DNA of 64,000 nt from a virus. The notes beneath the pieces are model-generated. The model made no database searches, had not been told where the DNA came from, and saw nothing but the letters and a program-made list of their open reading frames with translations. Positions 28,981 to 37,759 of the stretch are shown here, in pieces. The stretch is from the IMG/VR virus record IMGVR_UViG_3300022818_000051, positions 1 to 64,000 of that record, one strand, 5' to 3'. The translations under genes were made by a program, and so were the position numbers. Every line of letters starts with the position of its first letter. Within the stretch, counting starts at the first letter, position 1.

Positions 28981-29085
28981 GTTAAAAATATTTAAAAGTG
29001 TTAAAAAGATAGGATAAATGAAATTGAATTAGTAATTTTGAAGAAAAATAGATCATGGTCGCCCCATCCTTCCCCATTACCCCCA
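28981..29085 (+). promoter_or_regulatory. Promoter/start cassette, copy 2 of the imperfect repeat
   Basis: GATAGGATAAATGAA...AGTAATTTTGAAGAAAAATAGATCATG. Confidence 0.65.
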
Positions 29086-29240
29086 CAAGCTGCCTCCAAA
29101 AAGGTACGCTATGGTATCTTGGTACGGACAATCACTGGCGGGAACTGATGACAAACAGCTATTTCTGGTTCATCCAGCAAGAAAAACGCAATCTTGTCAT
29201 GCGTGGATTTGACAAGGAAAGATTTAAGATAACATACTAA
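29055..29240 (+). CDS. Hypothetical protein
   Basis: ORF after promoter cassette. Confidence 0.55.
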   Translation: MVAPSFPITPTSCLQKGTLWYLGTDNHWRELMTNSYFWFIQQEKRNLVMRGFDKERFKITY

Positions 29241-29243
29241 ATT

Positions 29244-29528
29244 ATGACCCGAATATCAGATAAAAAGCTCGAAGAGGCTTTGCACGTATGCTATGAACGA
29301 TTATACGCCGCATCGACCCCGCCTGCCGACTTTAACGAGTTGGTAGCGAATGCAGTACCCGACCCGATAACAGGGCGGAAAACGATCCCGATGGATGACT
29401 ATGAAATTTCCGATGCCGATATGGATAGGATAGTAAAAGATGTTATAAAAGAATACAAGATTCCAAAATGGATGGGATTTTCTCCAGCCGTATATCTGGG
29501 ATGTTCACCAAGAACCAAAAAAAGATGA
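29244..29528 (+). CDS. Hypothetical protein
   Basis: CY..LY....P.ADF..L ... LGCSP. Confidence 0.7.
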   Translation: MTRISDKKLEEALHVCYERLYAASTPPADFNELVANAVPDPITGRKTIPMDDYEISDADMDRIVKDVIKEYKIPKWMGFSPAVYLGCSPRTKKR

Positions 29529-29610
29529 AACGCAAACCAATGATTGACCCCGAACTAATCGCAGCAGGGGTGTTTCTAATAGTAATAATAACTTTAGCAA
29601 TAATGAATAT

Positions 29611-29907
29611 ATGGTAAAAGAATATAAACTACACGAATTCCTTGGTCGCCATGTCGTTCTTACCCCGACCCGCAAAGCATCGGATATGCACCCTGAAGCG
29701 AATTTTGACGACACTGGCTGGGCATTATGCGGACGGCTGCTGCGGGGCGAAACGATACCCGATTTTGCCAGACGCGCCGAGGCCGCACATGAGAGGCATG
29801 ATGCGGAAAATACGGACGAAGAAATCGCAAGAATAAGAAGGAAGATAAAAATAGACGAAAGAGTTATGAACTGTTTAAAAGAAGATGAGATATGCAACCA
29901 TCCCTGA
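29611..29907 (+). CDS. Hypothetical protein
   Basis: ORF in cluster. Confidence 0.6.
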   Translation: MVKEYKLHEFLGRHVVLTPTRKASDMHPEANFDDTGWALCGRLLRGETIPDFARRAEAAHERHDAENTDEEIARIRRKIKIDERVMNCLKEDEICNHP

Positions 29908-30158
29908 ATACCCCCTATGTCTGCCGCTACAAGTCTGACGGCAGACTGTTGAACCCCATTGAGCCGCACGAGCCATACTTGGCTTACACCCCGAATCGGA
30001 AGGCAAGGCGCGAATCACTGAATGTACCCCGATTCTGCGGTAATACACGAGGCGCACACCTGACTGTAACACCTACCGCTGCGTATAGACGTGTAAGGCA
30101 GAGGTATAAAACTGCGGATGGCAGAATGGTATGGATACTGCATTATTTGGAGGGATGA
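29892..30158 (+). CDS. Hypothetical basic protein
   Basis: ORF in cluster. Confidence 0.6.
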   Translation: MQPSLNTPYVCRYKSDGRLLNPIEPHEPYLAYTPNRKARRESLNVPRFCGNTRGAHLTVTPTAAYRRVRQRYKTADGRMVWILHYLEG

Positions 30159-30161
30159 AAA

Positions 30162-30698
30162 ATGAAGAACCTGCCAGAAAAAATTTACTTGGACTTGGGT
30201 TTCACACCCGACATGGTGACTGACTTTAACGACCTCAAACAGGTCACTTGGAGCAAAGACAATGCAACAGGTGAGGGGATTGAATATGTGAGAAAACCCG
30301 CACCGTCCGAATCAGTCAACCCGTCACCTGAACAAATAGCAGAGGAAGTATACCCGTGTGATAGTGGTGTGCTTAGTCTTGATGTGTCGTTAGATAGAAA
30401 AGCGTTTATTGTTGGTTATAATTATCTTTTGTCATTTTCCCGAAGTCAGGAAGATAGCGTAAATAGCGACATGATGGATGCGTTAAAAATGGCTCAAATA
30501 TTGTTAGCAGAAAATTTACCTTCGATTCGGGAACTCGGTAATACAAAACTGGAAAAGATGACAACTTCTCCAAGTTGTAACCAAAGCGATTATAATGCAA
30601 AAGCGTCAGAGTTGCATGGGGAAAATCAGTATGCAAGTAATTTACTTAAGAAAATTAGCACTTTTATCACCAACACTGAAAAACAAACCGAGAAATGA
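30162..30698 (+). CDS. Hypothetical protein
   Basis: LPEKIYL...VTWS.D.....IEYVR N-terminal motif common in phages. Confidence 0.7.
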   Translation: MKNLPEKIYLDLGFTPDMVTDFNDLKQVTWSKDNATGEGIEYVRKPAPSESVNPSPEQIAEEVYPCDSGVLSLDVSLDRKAFIVGYNYLLSFSRSQEDSVNSDMMDALKMAQILLAENLPSIRELGNTKLEKMTTSPSCNQSDYNAKASELHGENQYASNLLKKISTFITNTEKQTEK

Positions 30699-30979
30699 AA
30701 ACAACTAACCCAATTTGCCCTTATGATAAAAAAGAATGCAGCCCCAATATTTATGGATTCATGGAAATGGATGGGTACTTAGATTGTACAGGTTGCAACC
30801 GAAAGAATAAAGTAGCCCCAATCTGTCCTTTTGATGGAAAAGATTGTAGCGGTTACGAGTCATTAAGTGGCTGCGCTGCCTGTCATGATTGCACCCGTGA
30901 AAATAATGGTGTGCGTGAAACTGGTGGAATGCCAGCGATGGAGAAGATTTGGAAATTTATAAAATCCCTAAAGCCATGA
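30695..30979 (+). CDS. Cys-rich protein with duplicated PICP(Y/F)D.K.CS...C..C module
   Basis: Internal repeat visible in translation. Confidence 0.6.
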   Translation: MKTTNPICPYDKKECSPNIYGFMEMDGYLDCTGCNRKNKVAPICPFDGKDCSGYESLSGCAACHDCTRENNGVRETGGMPAMEKIWKFIKSLKP

Positions 30980-31197
30980 ACGAACTAATCTGCACCACTT
31001 TCTCCAATAAGGGAATATGGTCAACGCCGATAATTGAAATCATGTCTTCCGACCTGCGCTACTCAACTGATACTGGCACAGGATTCCACGGACTACAGGT
31101 GAATGAGAATCTGCAACCTGACGAGGAAGAAATTAAAGGGCTTTGTTTGGAAATATCGGGAAAGATTCTGGAATTATATAAATTAATAAATAAGTAA
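30976..31197 (+). CDS. Hypothetical protein
   Basis: ATGA-coupled, start MNELIC. Confidence 0.55.
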   Translation: MNELICTTFSNKGIWSTPIIEIMSSDLRYSTDTGTGFHGLQVNENLQPDEEEIKGLCLEISGKILELYKLINK

Positions 31198-31198
31198 T

Positions 31199-31399
31199 AT
31201 GAAAAAAGAAAAATTATCGCCAGCGCAACCTATAGAGGAAAATGTTGTTTTATTTATGCAGGGTAACAAAGGTATCGAAATTTTAAAACTTTGTGCAAAT
31301 GGAGACATTTTCGTACATAGCAAATTGGTAGAAAATGACAAAGAGGTCGTAGATGCTTTCAGGGAGTTTTTAAAATTGCAAGATAGTAATTTTGATTAA
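31199..31399 (+). CDS. Hypothetical protein
   Basis: NGDIFV..KLVENDKEVVDAFREFL. Confidence 0.65.
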   Translation: MKKEKLSPAQPIEENVVLFMQGNKGIEILKLCANGDIFVHSKLVENDKEVVDAFREFLKLQDSNFD

Positions 31400-31422
31400 T
31401 TTTCACATTTCATGAATTGAGA

Positions 31423-31462
31423 AGTGCGCCACCCCCACCCGGATGACGCACTCATTTTTTTT
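31423..31462 (+). terminator. Intrinsic terminator ending the rightward early region
   Basis: AGTGCG...CGCACT stem followed by T8. Confidence 0.65.
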
Positions 31463-31541
31463 GCTGGTGACATTGATGTCGGGAGCTACCCTGATGGCAA
31501 TTGTTGGCAATTTTCGGGCTCAACTGCTCCTATTTGCGCAG

Positions 31542-32084
31542 TTATTTAATCGCTTCGCACGCCCTTCTATAAAATTCTTCACGCTCGACCAGTCCGTTCT
31601 GCCCGCCGTTCACCACCTTGGTTATCGCCTTGACGGTTGCGCCCGAATCAGCCAGATGATTCAGTCCATTCTTCCACCAGAACCAGCAAGCCGAGCGGAC
31701 AGCGCCTTCGGCAGACTCCAGCATTTCGGGCATTTCCAGCGCATTTACGCCCCAGTCTTTTCCGAGTGCAGCATAGTTGTAGCGGCCTGTAATCTGTATC
31801 AGCCCACGTCCTTTATATCGCTGTCCATCACCGTCCGCTTCAGGTGTGTTACCGAGTATCTTGGCCAAGTGTCCTGTATCATACGCCGCACCTGATGCGA
31901 TTTCCTTGCTGTATCTGAACGAGCCAGATTCCTGTGCAACCTGCGCCAAGAAATGTCTGATGCGTGCGGTTGTGGTGATGCCGTATTTTGGCATCCAAAT
32001 GTTCAGCCACGGAAGATACTTGGCGATATTCGCACGGGTGGCGTAGGGCATGATGTGGGCGAGTTGGGTTGAAAGGAGTTTCAT
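31542..32084 (-). CDS. Endolysin, glycoside hydrolase family 19
   Basis: HFLAQVAQESG, GDGQRYKGRGLIQITGRYNY, ITKVVNGGQNGL.ER. Confidence 0.93.
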   Translation of the reverse strand: MKLLSTQLAHIMPYATRANIAKYLPWLNIWMPKYGITTTARIRHFLAQVAQESGSFRYSKEIASGAAYDTGHLAKILGNTPEADGDGQRYKGRGLIQITGRYNYAALGKDWGVNALEMPEMLESAEGAVRSACWFWWKNGLNHLADSGATVKAITKVVNGGQNGLVEREEFYRRACEAIK

Positions 32085-32177
32085 AATGTTAGAAATTTAC
32101 TAAGTTAATACCTGTTTTTGGGAATAACGCATGATATAACCAACATTTTATGGTGTTTTTGTATGATATAAACTATG

Positions 32178-33353
32178 TTAATCTAAAAATATCGGCGTAT
32201 ATTGCGTAATACCTCTTTTTTCATTCCAAATCAGCATTGTCTGCGTTGGTTCTTCTTTTTCAAAACCCTTACCCATTGCGAATGCTGAATATCCAATAAG
32301 TGATGGATTTATGATTATATTTTTTGTAAATACCGACTGATGGAAATGCCCAAGCCACGCTTGTTCGACATTAAATACCTTTGCTATTCTCGAAAACCAC
32401 CGCATTACAGGTACTACAAGGCCACCTATGCCGGAATTGTAAACTAAATGTGAACCGTGCGTTAACAAAATGCGATGTCCAAATATTGTTATTACCGCCA
32501 TCTCCGACCTTGGTATGATAAACTCGAATTTATCCAGCCCCATCAGTTTGCAAAACTCCGCAACATCTACGAACATTTCGTACTCATTGTTTACGCGTGA
32601 CGCATTGGAATATTGGTTTTTCTTTGTAGTCCTTGTGTGATTTCCTACAACGCAGACTACTTTTATCTTGCTGACTTTGGTGTTTTCCTGTAGGTATTTA
32701 AACCCTGACAATATGTGCGATTTTGCAAACCTTATACCTTCAAGTGGTGACATGGAATTGGTCTGCATCAGTTCATCATGTATATATCCGCTTGCCATAT
32801 CACCGATTAGGCATATTATCATTTCATCAATATGATATGAACGTTGTGCGTGACTTACGAGCTTGTTCAGGTTTATGAATAAGTTTCTAATTCGCTTATC
32901 CGCCACTTCAGGGTTGAACTCATTCAGTCCCAGAACGCTTTCCGCATCCACGACTTCATCCACATGCCAATCAGAGAACATGGCCACCGCAACACTTTTA
33001 CTTTTGCCCCCCTCGTCCGATATAGGGATTATGTCAAATATCTCAGGGTTGGAATTTCTCTTCAGTGCAAGAGCCTCCTCTAATTCATCAATATATTCCT
33101 TATAATTCTGCTCGGTTTTTTTCGGCATTGCAGGTTCTGCTTGCTGCGAAGATGGTAGCACCATCCCTCTTCCCCTTCTTCCGTATGTCGCATACTGTAC
33201 TGCATTTTCGGCGGACTTAAATGTGGGGAACACGTCAGGATATGCGCTTCGTAACGCTTCTTCTATTTGTTTTTTGCTCAGTCTTTCTTCTCCGGGCTTT
33301 ACATTTTCATAATACTTTTTTACAAATTCTTTTGCAATGTCTTTTTTGGTCAT
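32178..33353 (-). CDS. Calcineurin-like metallophosphoesterase
   Basis: SDWH, GD, GNH, THG, GHFH motifs; start at MTKKDI. Confidence 0.88.
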   Translation of the reverse strand: MTKKDIAKEFVKKYYENVKPGEERLSKKQIEEALRSAYPDVFPTFKSAENAVQYATYGRRGRGMVLPSSQQAEPAMPKKTEQNYKEYIDELEEALALKRNSNPEIFDIIPISDEGGKSKSVAVAMFSDWHVDEVVDAESVLGLNEFNPEVADKRIRNLFINLNKLVSHAQRSYHIDEMIICLIGDMASGYIHDELMQTNSMSPLEGIRFAKSHILSGFKYLQENTKVSKIKVVCVVGNHTRTTKKNQYSNASRVNNEYEMFVDVAEFCKLMGLDKFEFIIPRSEMAVITIFGHRILLTHGSHLVYNSGIGGLVVPVMRWFSRIAKVFNVEQAWLGHFHQSVFTKNIIINPSLIGYSAFAMGKGFEKEEPTQTMLIWNEKRGITQYTPIFLD

Positions 33354-33375
33354 TTTAATGGTGGTTAAATGAATA

Positions 33376-34101
33376 CTATAGCGCAATGAAAAGTATAATC
33401 GTTACTATTTCAGACGTTACCCATCCGACTTTTACCCATGTGGTGGCGTTACGCTCTTTTTTGATGGCTTTGCCCTGTTCTTTTATTACGGCATCCTTCG
33501 CCGCCCCGTCCGCCTTGTATGTATCGCGTTGCGCTGCGAGGGCTGCTTTTTCTGTGTTTGATGCTGCGATTACGCCTTTCAGAAGGTTCTTATCCACTCC
33601 AAGCGCATTGATTATCTCATATTTTGTCGTGGTGTCCTTAATCAGATAATCATGTTCGGCAAAAATTATGTCCGCCTGCATAATGTTTTCGGTAGGGATG
33701 CGGTACGTTTTGGCAGCGGTGGTATCTATCCCTCCTGTGCGTTCGGCAAATATGCCGTATAAGGAGTCAGGAGGCAGTGTACGGAGACGTGCTATCTCTT
33801 GCTGATGTTGCTTCTTTTGAAGTGCGAGATATTTTCGTAGCGCCTCGGTATTTGCCTCCGACTTTTTTAGTTTTATAAGTAGTGTCGCCTGTGTTTTGCG
33901 TGCGGCCTCGATGCTGTCTTGTTGGGCGGCGATTATTTGCGCCGTGTTGGGGGGTGCGATGGGCTGTGGCGTGTAATCGCGATGCGAAGGTATCAGCCAA
34001 CCCAAAATAAAAAAGAGGGCGCAAATCGCAGCTATTGCAGCCGTTTTTTTTGTGGTTGGGGAAAGTGAGGAAAAAAAGTTTTTGATTGAATAAAGTGTCA
34101 T
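33376..34101 (-). CDS. Putative spanin-like membrane protein
   Basis: N-terminal TM, coiled-coil body, C-terminal TM; in lysis cassette. Confidence 0.5.
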   Translation of the reverse strand: MTLYSIKNFFSSLSPTTKKTAAIAAICALFFILGWLIPSHRDYTPQPIAPPNTAQIIAAQQDSIEAARKTQATLLIKLKKSEANTEALRKYLALQKKQHQQEIARLRTLPPDSLYGIFAERTGGIDTTAAKTYRIPTENIMQADIIFAEHDYLIKDTTTKYEIINALGVDKNLLKGVIAASNTEKAALAAQRDTYKADGAAKDAVIKEQGKAIKKERNATTWVKVGWVTSEIVTIILFIAL

Positions 34102-34117
34102 GGTGGTGGTTTTTAAG

Positions 34118-34396
34118 TTAGGTTATTTTTTCTGATTGTTCCAGTATGGTGTCCTGCTCTTTGGCACTGATTTCTATTTCTGCCTCGTTCTTTTTCTGCC
34201 CGAACAGAAAGGTCAGGCTGGGAACGGCTATTGCACCAAATGTTATTGCTATTGCTTCAGCAGCTTTCATCACATCGTCTCTGCCGAGATATAGGATTAT
34301 GGCACTGAACACCAGTGCCGTACATATGCAAATAAATACGATAAGTCTTGAAAGCGAATAATTGCCGCTGTTGTCCTGTAGAAATGCCGCTTTCAT
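34118..34396 (-). CDS. Putative holin (2 TM); start at MKAAF
   Basis: FLQDNSG..S..RL then two TM helices and charged tail. Confidence 0.55.
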   Translation of the reverse strand: MKAAFLQDNSGNYSLSRLIVFICICTALVFSAIILYLGRDDVMKAAEAIAITFGAIAVPSLTFLFGQKKNEAEIEISAKEQDTILEQSEKIT

Positions 34397-34833
34397 CGCA
34401 GTATGTATAATGAAATTATTATCGCCGAAAACGCCGCTATTTCCTGCCAGAAAACCCTGTTCTTTACGAACTGTAGAAGGAAGGCTGCGACAAAAAACGC
34501 TATGTTCACGTGCCAAAGTCCTTGTGTGTAGATGTACGTTTGGCTTAACAGTACCGCACCGATTGCGCCCGCAAAATGGATATTCCTGATGAATGTGTCC
34601 TTAAACTGTGCGGCTGCACCGACAAAAACGATGCCAGCACCAGTAAAAAAGAGCAGCCCGTTGTCCGCATAAAAGACTATCGGTAGGGCGAAACCCCAAA
34701 GAGCAAGGGTGAAAAGAATGTTTATTTTTTTTGGCAGCAGATAATAGCTCTCACTAACGGAAGGAGGGATGCCATACTTCAGGCAGACCAGAATGATGTA
34801 GGTGAAGAATATTATGGAGGAGATAAGTATCAT
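34393..34833 (-). CDS. Multi-pass membrane protein
   Basis: YGIP.S.SESYY motif; several hydrophobic helices. Confidence 0.7.
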   Translation of the reverse strand: MILISSIIFFTYIILVCLKYGIPPSVSESYYLLPKKINILFTLALWGFALPIVFYADNGLLFFTGAGIVFVGAAAQFKDTFIRNIHFAGAIGAVLLSQTYIYTQGLWHVNIAFFVAAFLLQFVKNRVFWQEIAAFSAIIISLYILR

Positions 34834-35270
34834 GATTTTAAAAACATCATTATCATAGTTGAGATAGATACCAAAACAGCTACTGCGGATACTATAAATG
34901 TTCCCAGTTTTGCCGTTCCCTCATCCTTTCCGCTATTCAGACTTCTACTCTCACTCAAACTTTTCAAGTCATCTGAAATGCGTTGCAGGTTTTTATTATA
35001 ATTTTCAGCAAAATTGTCAAATCGCTTTTCCGCCGCTATTTCTGCTTTTAATACAGCCTTTTCGGATGCAGCCATAGCCACATTGACGGCCTTCTCTTGA
35101 GCATCAAGGGCTGATTTCACGGCTTCCTTTGACTCCTGCGAATTTTTGTTTATAAGCTTTTCCAAAGAATTATAGCGATCCTCGAAGCGTTTATCTGAAA
35201 CGGCGATGATAGATTCAAAAAATTCTTTAAGTCCAACTTGTTCGCATGATGCTTTTTCCAGTTCTACCAT
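34830..35270 (-). CDS. Coiled-coil protein with C-terminal TM (lysis-associated, putative)
   Basis: Helical body, single C-terminal hydrophobic segment. Confidence 0.6.
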   Translation of the reverse strand: MVELEKASCEQVGLKEFFESIIAVSDKRFEDRYNSLEKLINKNSQESKEAVKSALDAQEKAVNVAMAASEKAVLKAEIAAEKRFDNFAENYNKNLQRISDDLKSLSESRSLNSGKDEGTAKLGTFIVSAVAVLVSISTMIMMFLKS

Positions 35271-35379
35271 TTTTGTCCTCCTTTGTTTATTTTGTTAAGT
35301 GTAAAGATAGTTAATTATTATGTAATATGCAAATCGCTATTTCTACTGCTGTTGCCATTTTTGTCCTCCTTTGTTTATT
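35267..35379. repeat. Exact 25-bp direct repeat (35267-35291, 35355-35379) containing GGAGG and ATG on minus strand
   Basis: CCATTTTTGTCCTCCTTTGTTTATT twice. Confidence 0.9.
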
Positions 35380-35447
35380 GTTTTTATTCGTAAACTGTTT
35401 TTATATCTGCCTGTTATGTAAATTTGTAATATTTATTTACTCCACAA

Positions 35448-35768
35448 TTAATCGTTAAAATCCACTTTTGTAAAAACTTTTACGTCTTCTACAAACTCCG
35501 CATAGGCCATAAATTCAGGATTCTGCGAGTCGGTGATTCCCTTCCTTTGCAACGCATTTTCTTCACCATTAGGATACTTTTCCGAAATTATCGCATTTAT
35601 AGCCTCGCCCCGTGTTGGAACGTGACCGAACAGGATTTGTGTAAATTCAAACCCTTTCTGTTCTACACCCATAACAGTTTTTGTCGTTTCCGAAATATTA
35701 TAATTATATCCGTAAAGTGAATGCCCCAACTTTTGAATCGTTTCTGGTCTTTCGTTTGATTGTGCCAT
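35448..35768 (-). CDS. Hypothetical tail-associated protein
   Basis: 106-aa ORF following the DGR-type target gene. Confidence 0.7.
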   Translation of the reverse strand: MAQSNERPETIQKLGHSLYGYNYNISETTKTVMGVEQKGFEFTQILFGHVPTRGEAINAIISEKYPNGEENALQRKGITDSQNPEFMAYAEFVEDVKVFTKVDFND

Positions 35769-35788
35769 GTTTTTAATTTATTTATTTG

Positions 35789-35986
35789 TTACAGCAGGCC
35801 ATTACAGCCGCCCGCCTTTTAAAAATCCTCGCTCTCGCTTTTCGCTTCGGGCGCTTAGTGCGAAATTTTCGCACGAAGCCGCGCCCCGATACGCGAGTAC
35901 GTACCCGCCGGAACGTAACTCGAGTTCGAGCAACGCACCCCCGCATAAGCGCCATAATTCGCAGGCACACCGAACAGCAGGCCATA
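35789..35986 (-). other. DGR remnant: variable region (~35875-35986), hairpin (35858-35874) and template-repeat stub (35789-35803)
   Basis: VR-like codon pattern, GTGCGAAA-T-TTTCGCAC inverted repeat, ATGGCCTGCTGT duplicated downstream. Confidence 0.6.
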
Positions 35987-37186
35987 GACGGCTACGCCTG
36001 AACCCGGAATACCTGCGCCATATCCATAATCACTCATATATGCCACGTCACTCGCTCCGCTGGTTACAAGCGGGATAACCCATCCCGGGATTAGTGATTT
36101 GATATATCCGTCCGTGCGTGCCATTTCGCCTACCTTGGTATAATCGGCGGTTATTGTCGCAGCTCTTTTTGCAAATTCGCTACATACATATACGCTACTT
36201 ATTCCAGTGCCTCCGTTGGCGATTTCTGCGGATTTTTCAATATTTACCTCGCCTACCCAGTCCCATATCTCACCATAAAGATGTTCGAGGAAGAAGAAAA
36301 CAGGTATCTCTTCGGTGTGCCCATTTACAGTAATACTATGTACCCCAACTTTACATCCAACAGCCATTGAGCCTGCGCCAGTATTATGTATCGGGTAATA
36401 TCCATTCCATGTTCCCCAATCTCCACCCCACGTGGTAACGCCAGCCCCCATCCCTCCCTGAGGATACCCCTCAGCGGTGAGAACATTGGTAAACGCCAGT
36501 TGAATATTTGTGTTGCCAAAATACAATGACGTTAACTCGTGCCACAAGGTTCTATCCTTGATATTTCCTATTTCCCATCCAGCATTATTAGCGTACGTCT
36601 CGAAATCCGTTCTGCTAATTGAGGTGGCAGGCCGTCCTATCTGCGTGGCATCCGTTCCGTCTTTTCCTGCATCATTATTTCCGCCTCTAAATCTTGCATC
36701 ATCAGAAATCACGGATACCAACATCGAATCCGTTCTGTCCATCTCCGCAAACCCAATCGAGTGCGCCGATTCTTCATGCCATAATTCGGCTCCGTCAAAG
36801 GCGGCAATATCCAGACGTGTTTCGATAGTCGTTCCTACAACCACCAGAGCTCGGTAAATAGTCGGTACAATCACACAGATATTCTGCGTTATCCAGTCGG
36901 GGGTCGATGTCGTTCCGTCAGCTTTTAAAAGCGGATTATCCTTATCAAGCCAATAATCTACCTTTTTCGTAGCACGGTTTACAATGGCAGGTCGAAAAGC
37001 ATTAAAAATCCTTGATTGCCCAAATTTGTGAAACTCAAGGTTCCCTGTCCTGTGAAGTTCCGTTGCCCTATATGCAGTAACGGTGGATTTTGGGGCGGCC
37101 TCTGAGCATGAATTTGCGGTGTCGATGATTACGCCGACCCATTGCGGTAAATCCAATTCTGTCAATAATCTTATTTTTGTAGGCAT
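35855..37186 (-). CDS. Receptor-binding/tail protein with C-terminal C-type-lectin (FGE-like) fold, DGR target type
   Basis: YFGNTNIQ, HLYGEIWDWV, C-terminal FG..A..GAYAG...SNS...P...YSRIGARL. Confidence 0.75.
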   Translation of the reverse strand: MPTKIRLLTELDLPQWVGVIIDTANSCSEAAPKSTVTAYRATELHRTGNLEFHKFGQSRIFNAFRPAIVNRATKKVDYWLDKDNPLLKADGTTSTPDWITQNICVIVPTIYRALVVVGTTIETRLDIAAFDGAELWHEESAHSIGFAEMDRTDSMLVSVISDDARFRGGNNDAGKDGTDATQIGRPATSISRTDFETYANNAGWEIGNIKDRTLWHELTSLYFGNTNIQLAFTNVLTAEGYPQGGMGAGVTTWGGDWGTWNGYYPIHNTGAGSMAVGCKVGVHSITVNGHTEEIPVFFFLEHLYGEIWDWVGEVNIEKSAEIANGGTGISSVYVCSEFAKRAATITADYTKVGEMARTDGYIKSLIPGWVIPLVTSGASDVAYMSDYGYGAGIPGSGVAVYGLLFGVPANYGAYAGVRCSNSSYVPAGTYSRIGARLRAKISH

Positions 37187-37234
37187 AGTTTTTTATATAT
37201 TTAGATGGTTTTTTATTTTTTTACGAGTGCCATT

Positions 37235-37750
37235 TTATTCTTCCCTGATTATTCCAGCGTTAAAAAATGTTTCATGTAACGCTGCATCGAAAGGATTTGG
37301 AAAATCTTCAAGCTTAATCGTATAGGGTTCAAACTCTACCTCTTCCTCCAGAATCGGCTCATATTCCTTCATGTCTGATTCAAACTTTTCCAGTTCGTCC
37401 TTGTATTTTTCTGCCAGCACTTTTTCCAGTTTGGTTAAATCTTTTATGTATATGAGGAAATTCTCATCCCCCGGCTTAATCATCACAGACCTATCAGGCT
37501 GTACGATTCCGTATTTTATGATAAGGTCGGAATTATCTTTGTTGTATGCCTCATCATGTTCTTTGAGCGGCTCACGGAACTTTTTAATTACCTCTTCGTG
37601 TGTGGCAATAGTTTCTTTGATTCGGTTTTTGTCATACAATAGTCCGTTGACAAATCTTACACATCCCTTCAGGGTTAATGCGGCTCTAATCGCATCATTC
37701 AGTTTGATAGCATCTTTCCTTTTCATTGTGATTCCTGATTCTTTTTCCAT
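37235..37750 (-). CDS. Helical tail-associated protein (DUF1617-like chaperone, tentative)
   Basis: Acidic coiled-coil protein directly after tail fibre gene. Confidence 0.5.
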   Translation of the reverse strand: MEKESGITMKRKDAIKLNDAIRAALTLKGCVRFVNGLLYDKNRIKETIATHEEVIKKFREPLKEHDEAYNKDNSDLIIKYGIVQPDRSVMIKPGDENFLIYIKDLTKLEKVLAEKYKDELEKFESDMKEYEPILEEEVEFEPYTIKLEDFPNPFDAALHETFFNAGIIREE

Positions 37751-37759
37751 AATTGTATG

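Noticed and set aside
29017-29025. 9-nt match (AATGAAATT) between the predicted TnpB guide seed and the adjacent promoter cassette, suggesting RNA-guided repression
   Set aside because: Short AT-rich match expected by chance; no recognisable TAM; RuvC residues are intact so it is not a nuclease-dead repressor.
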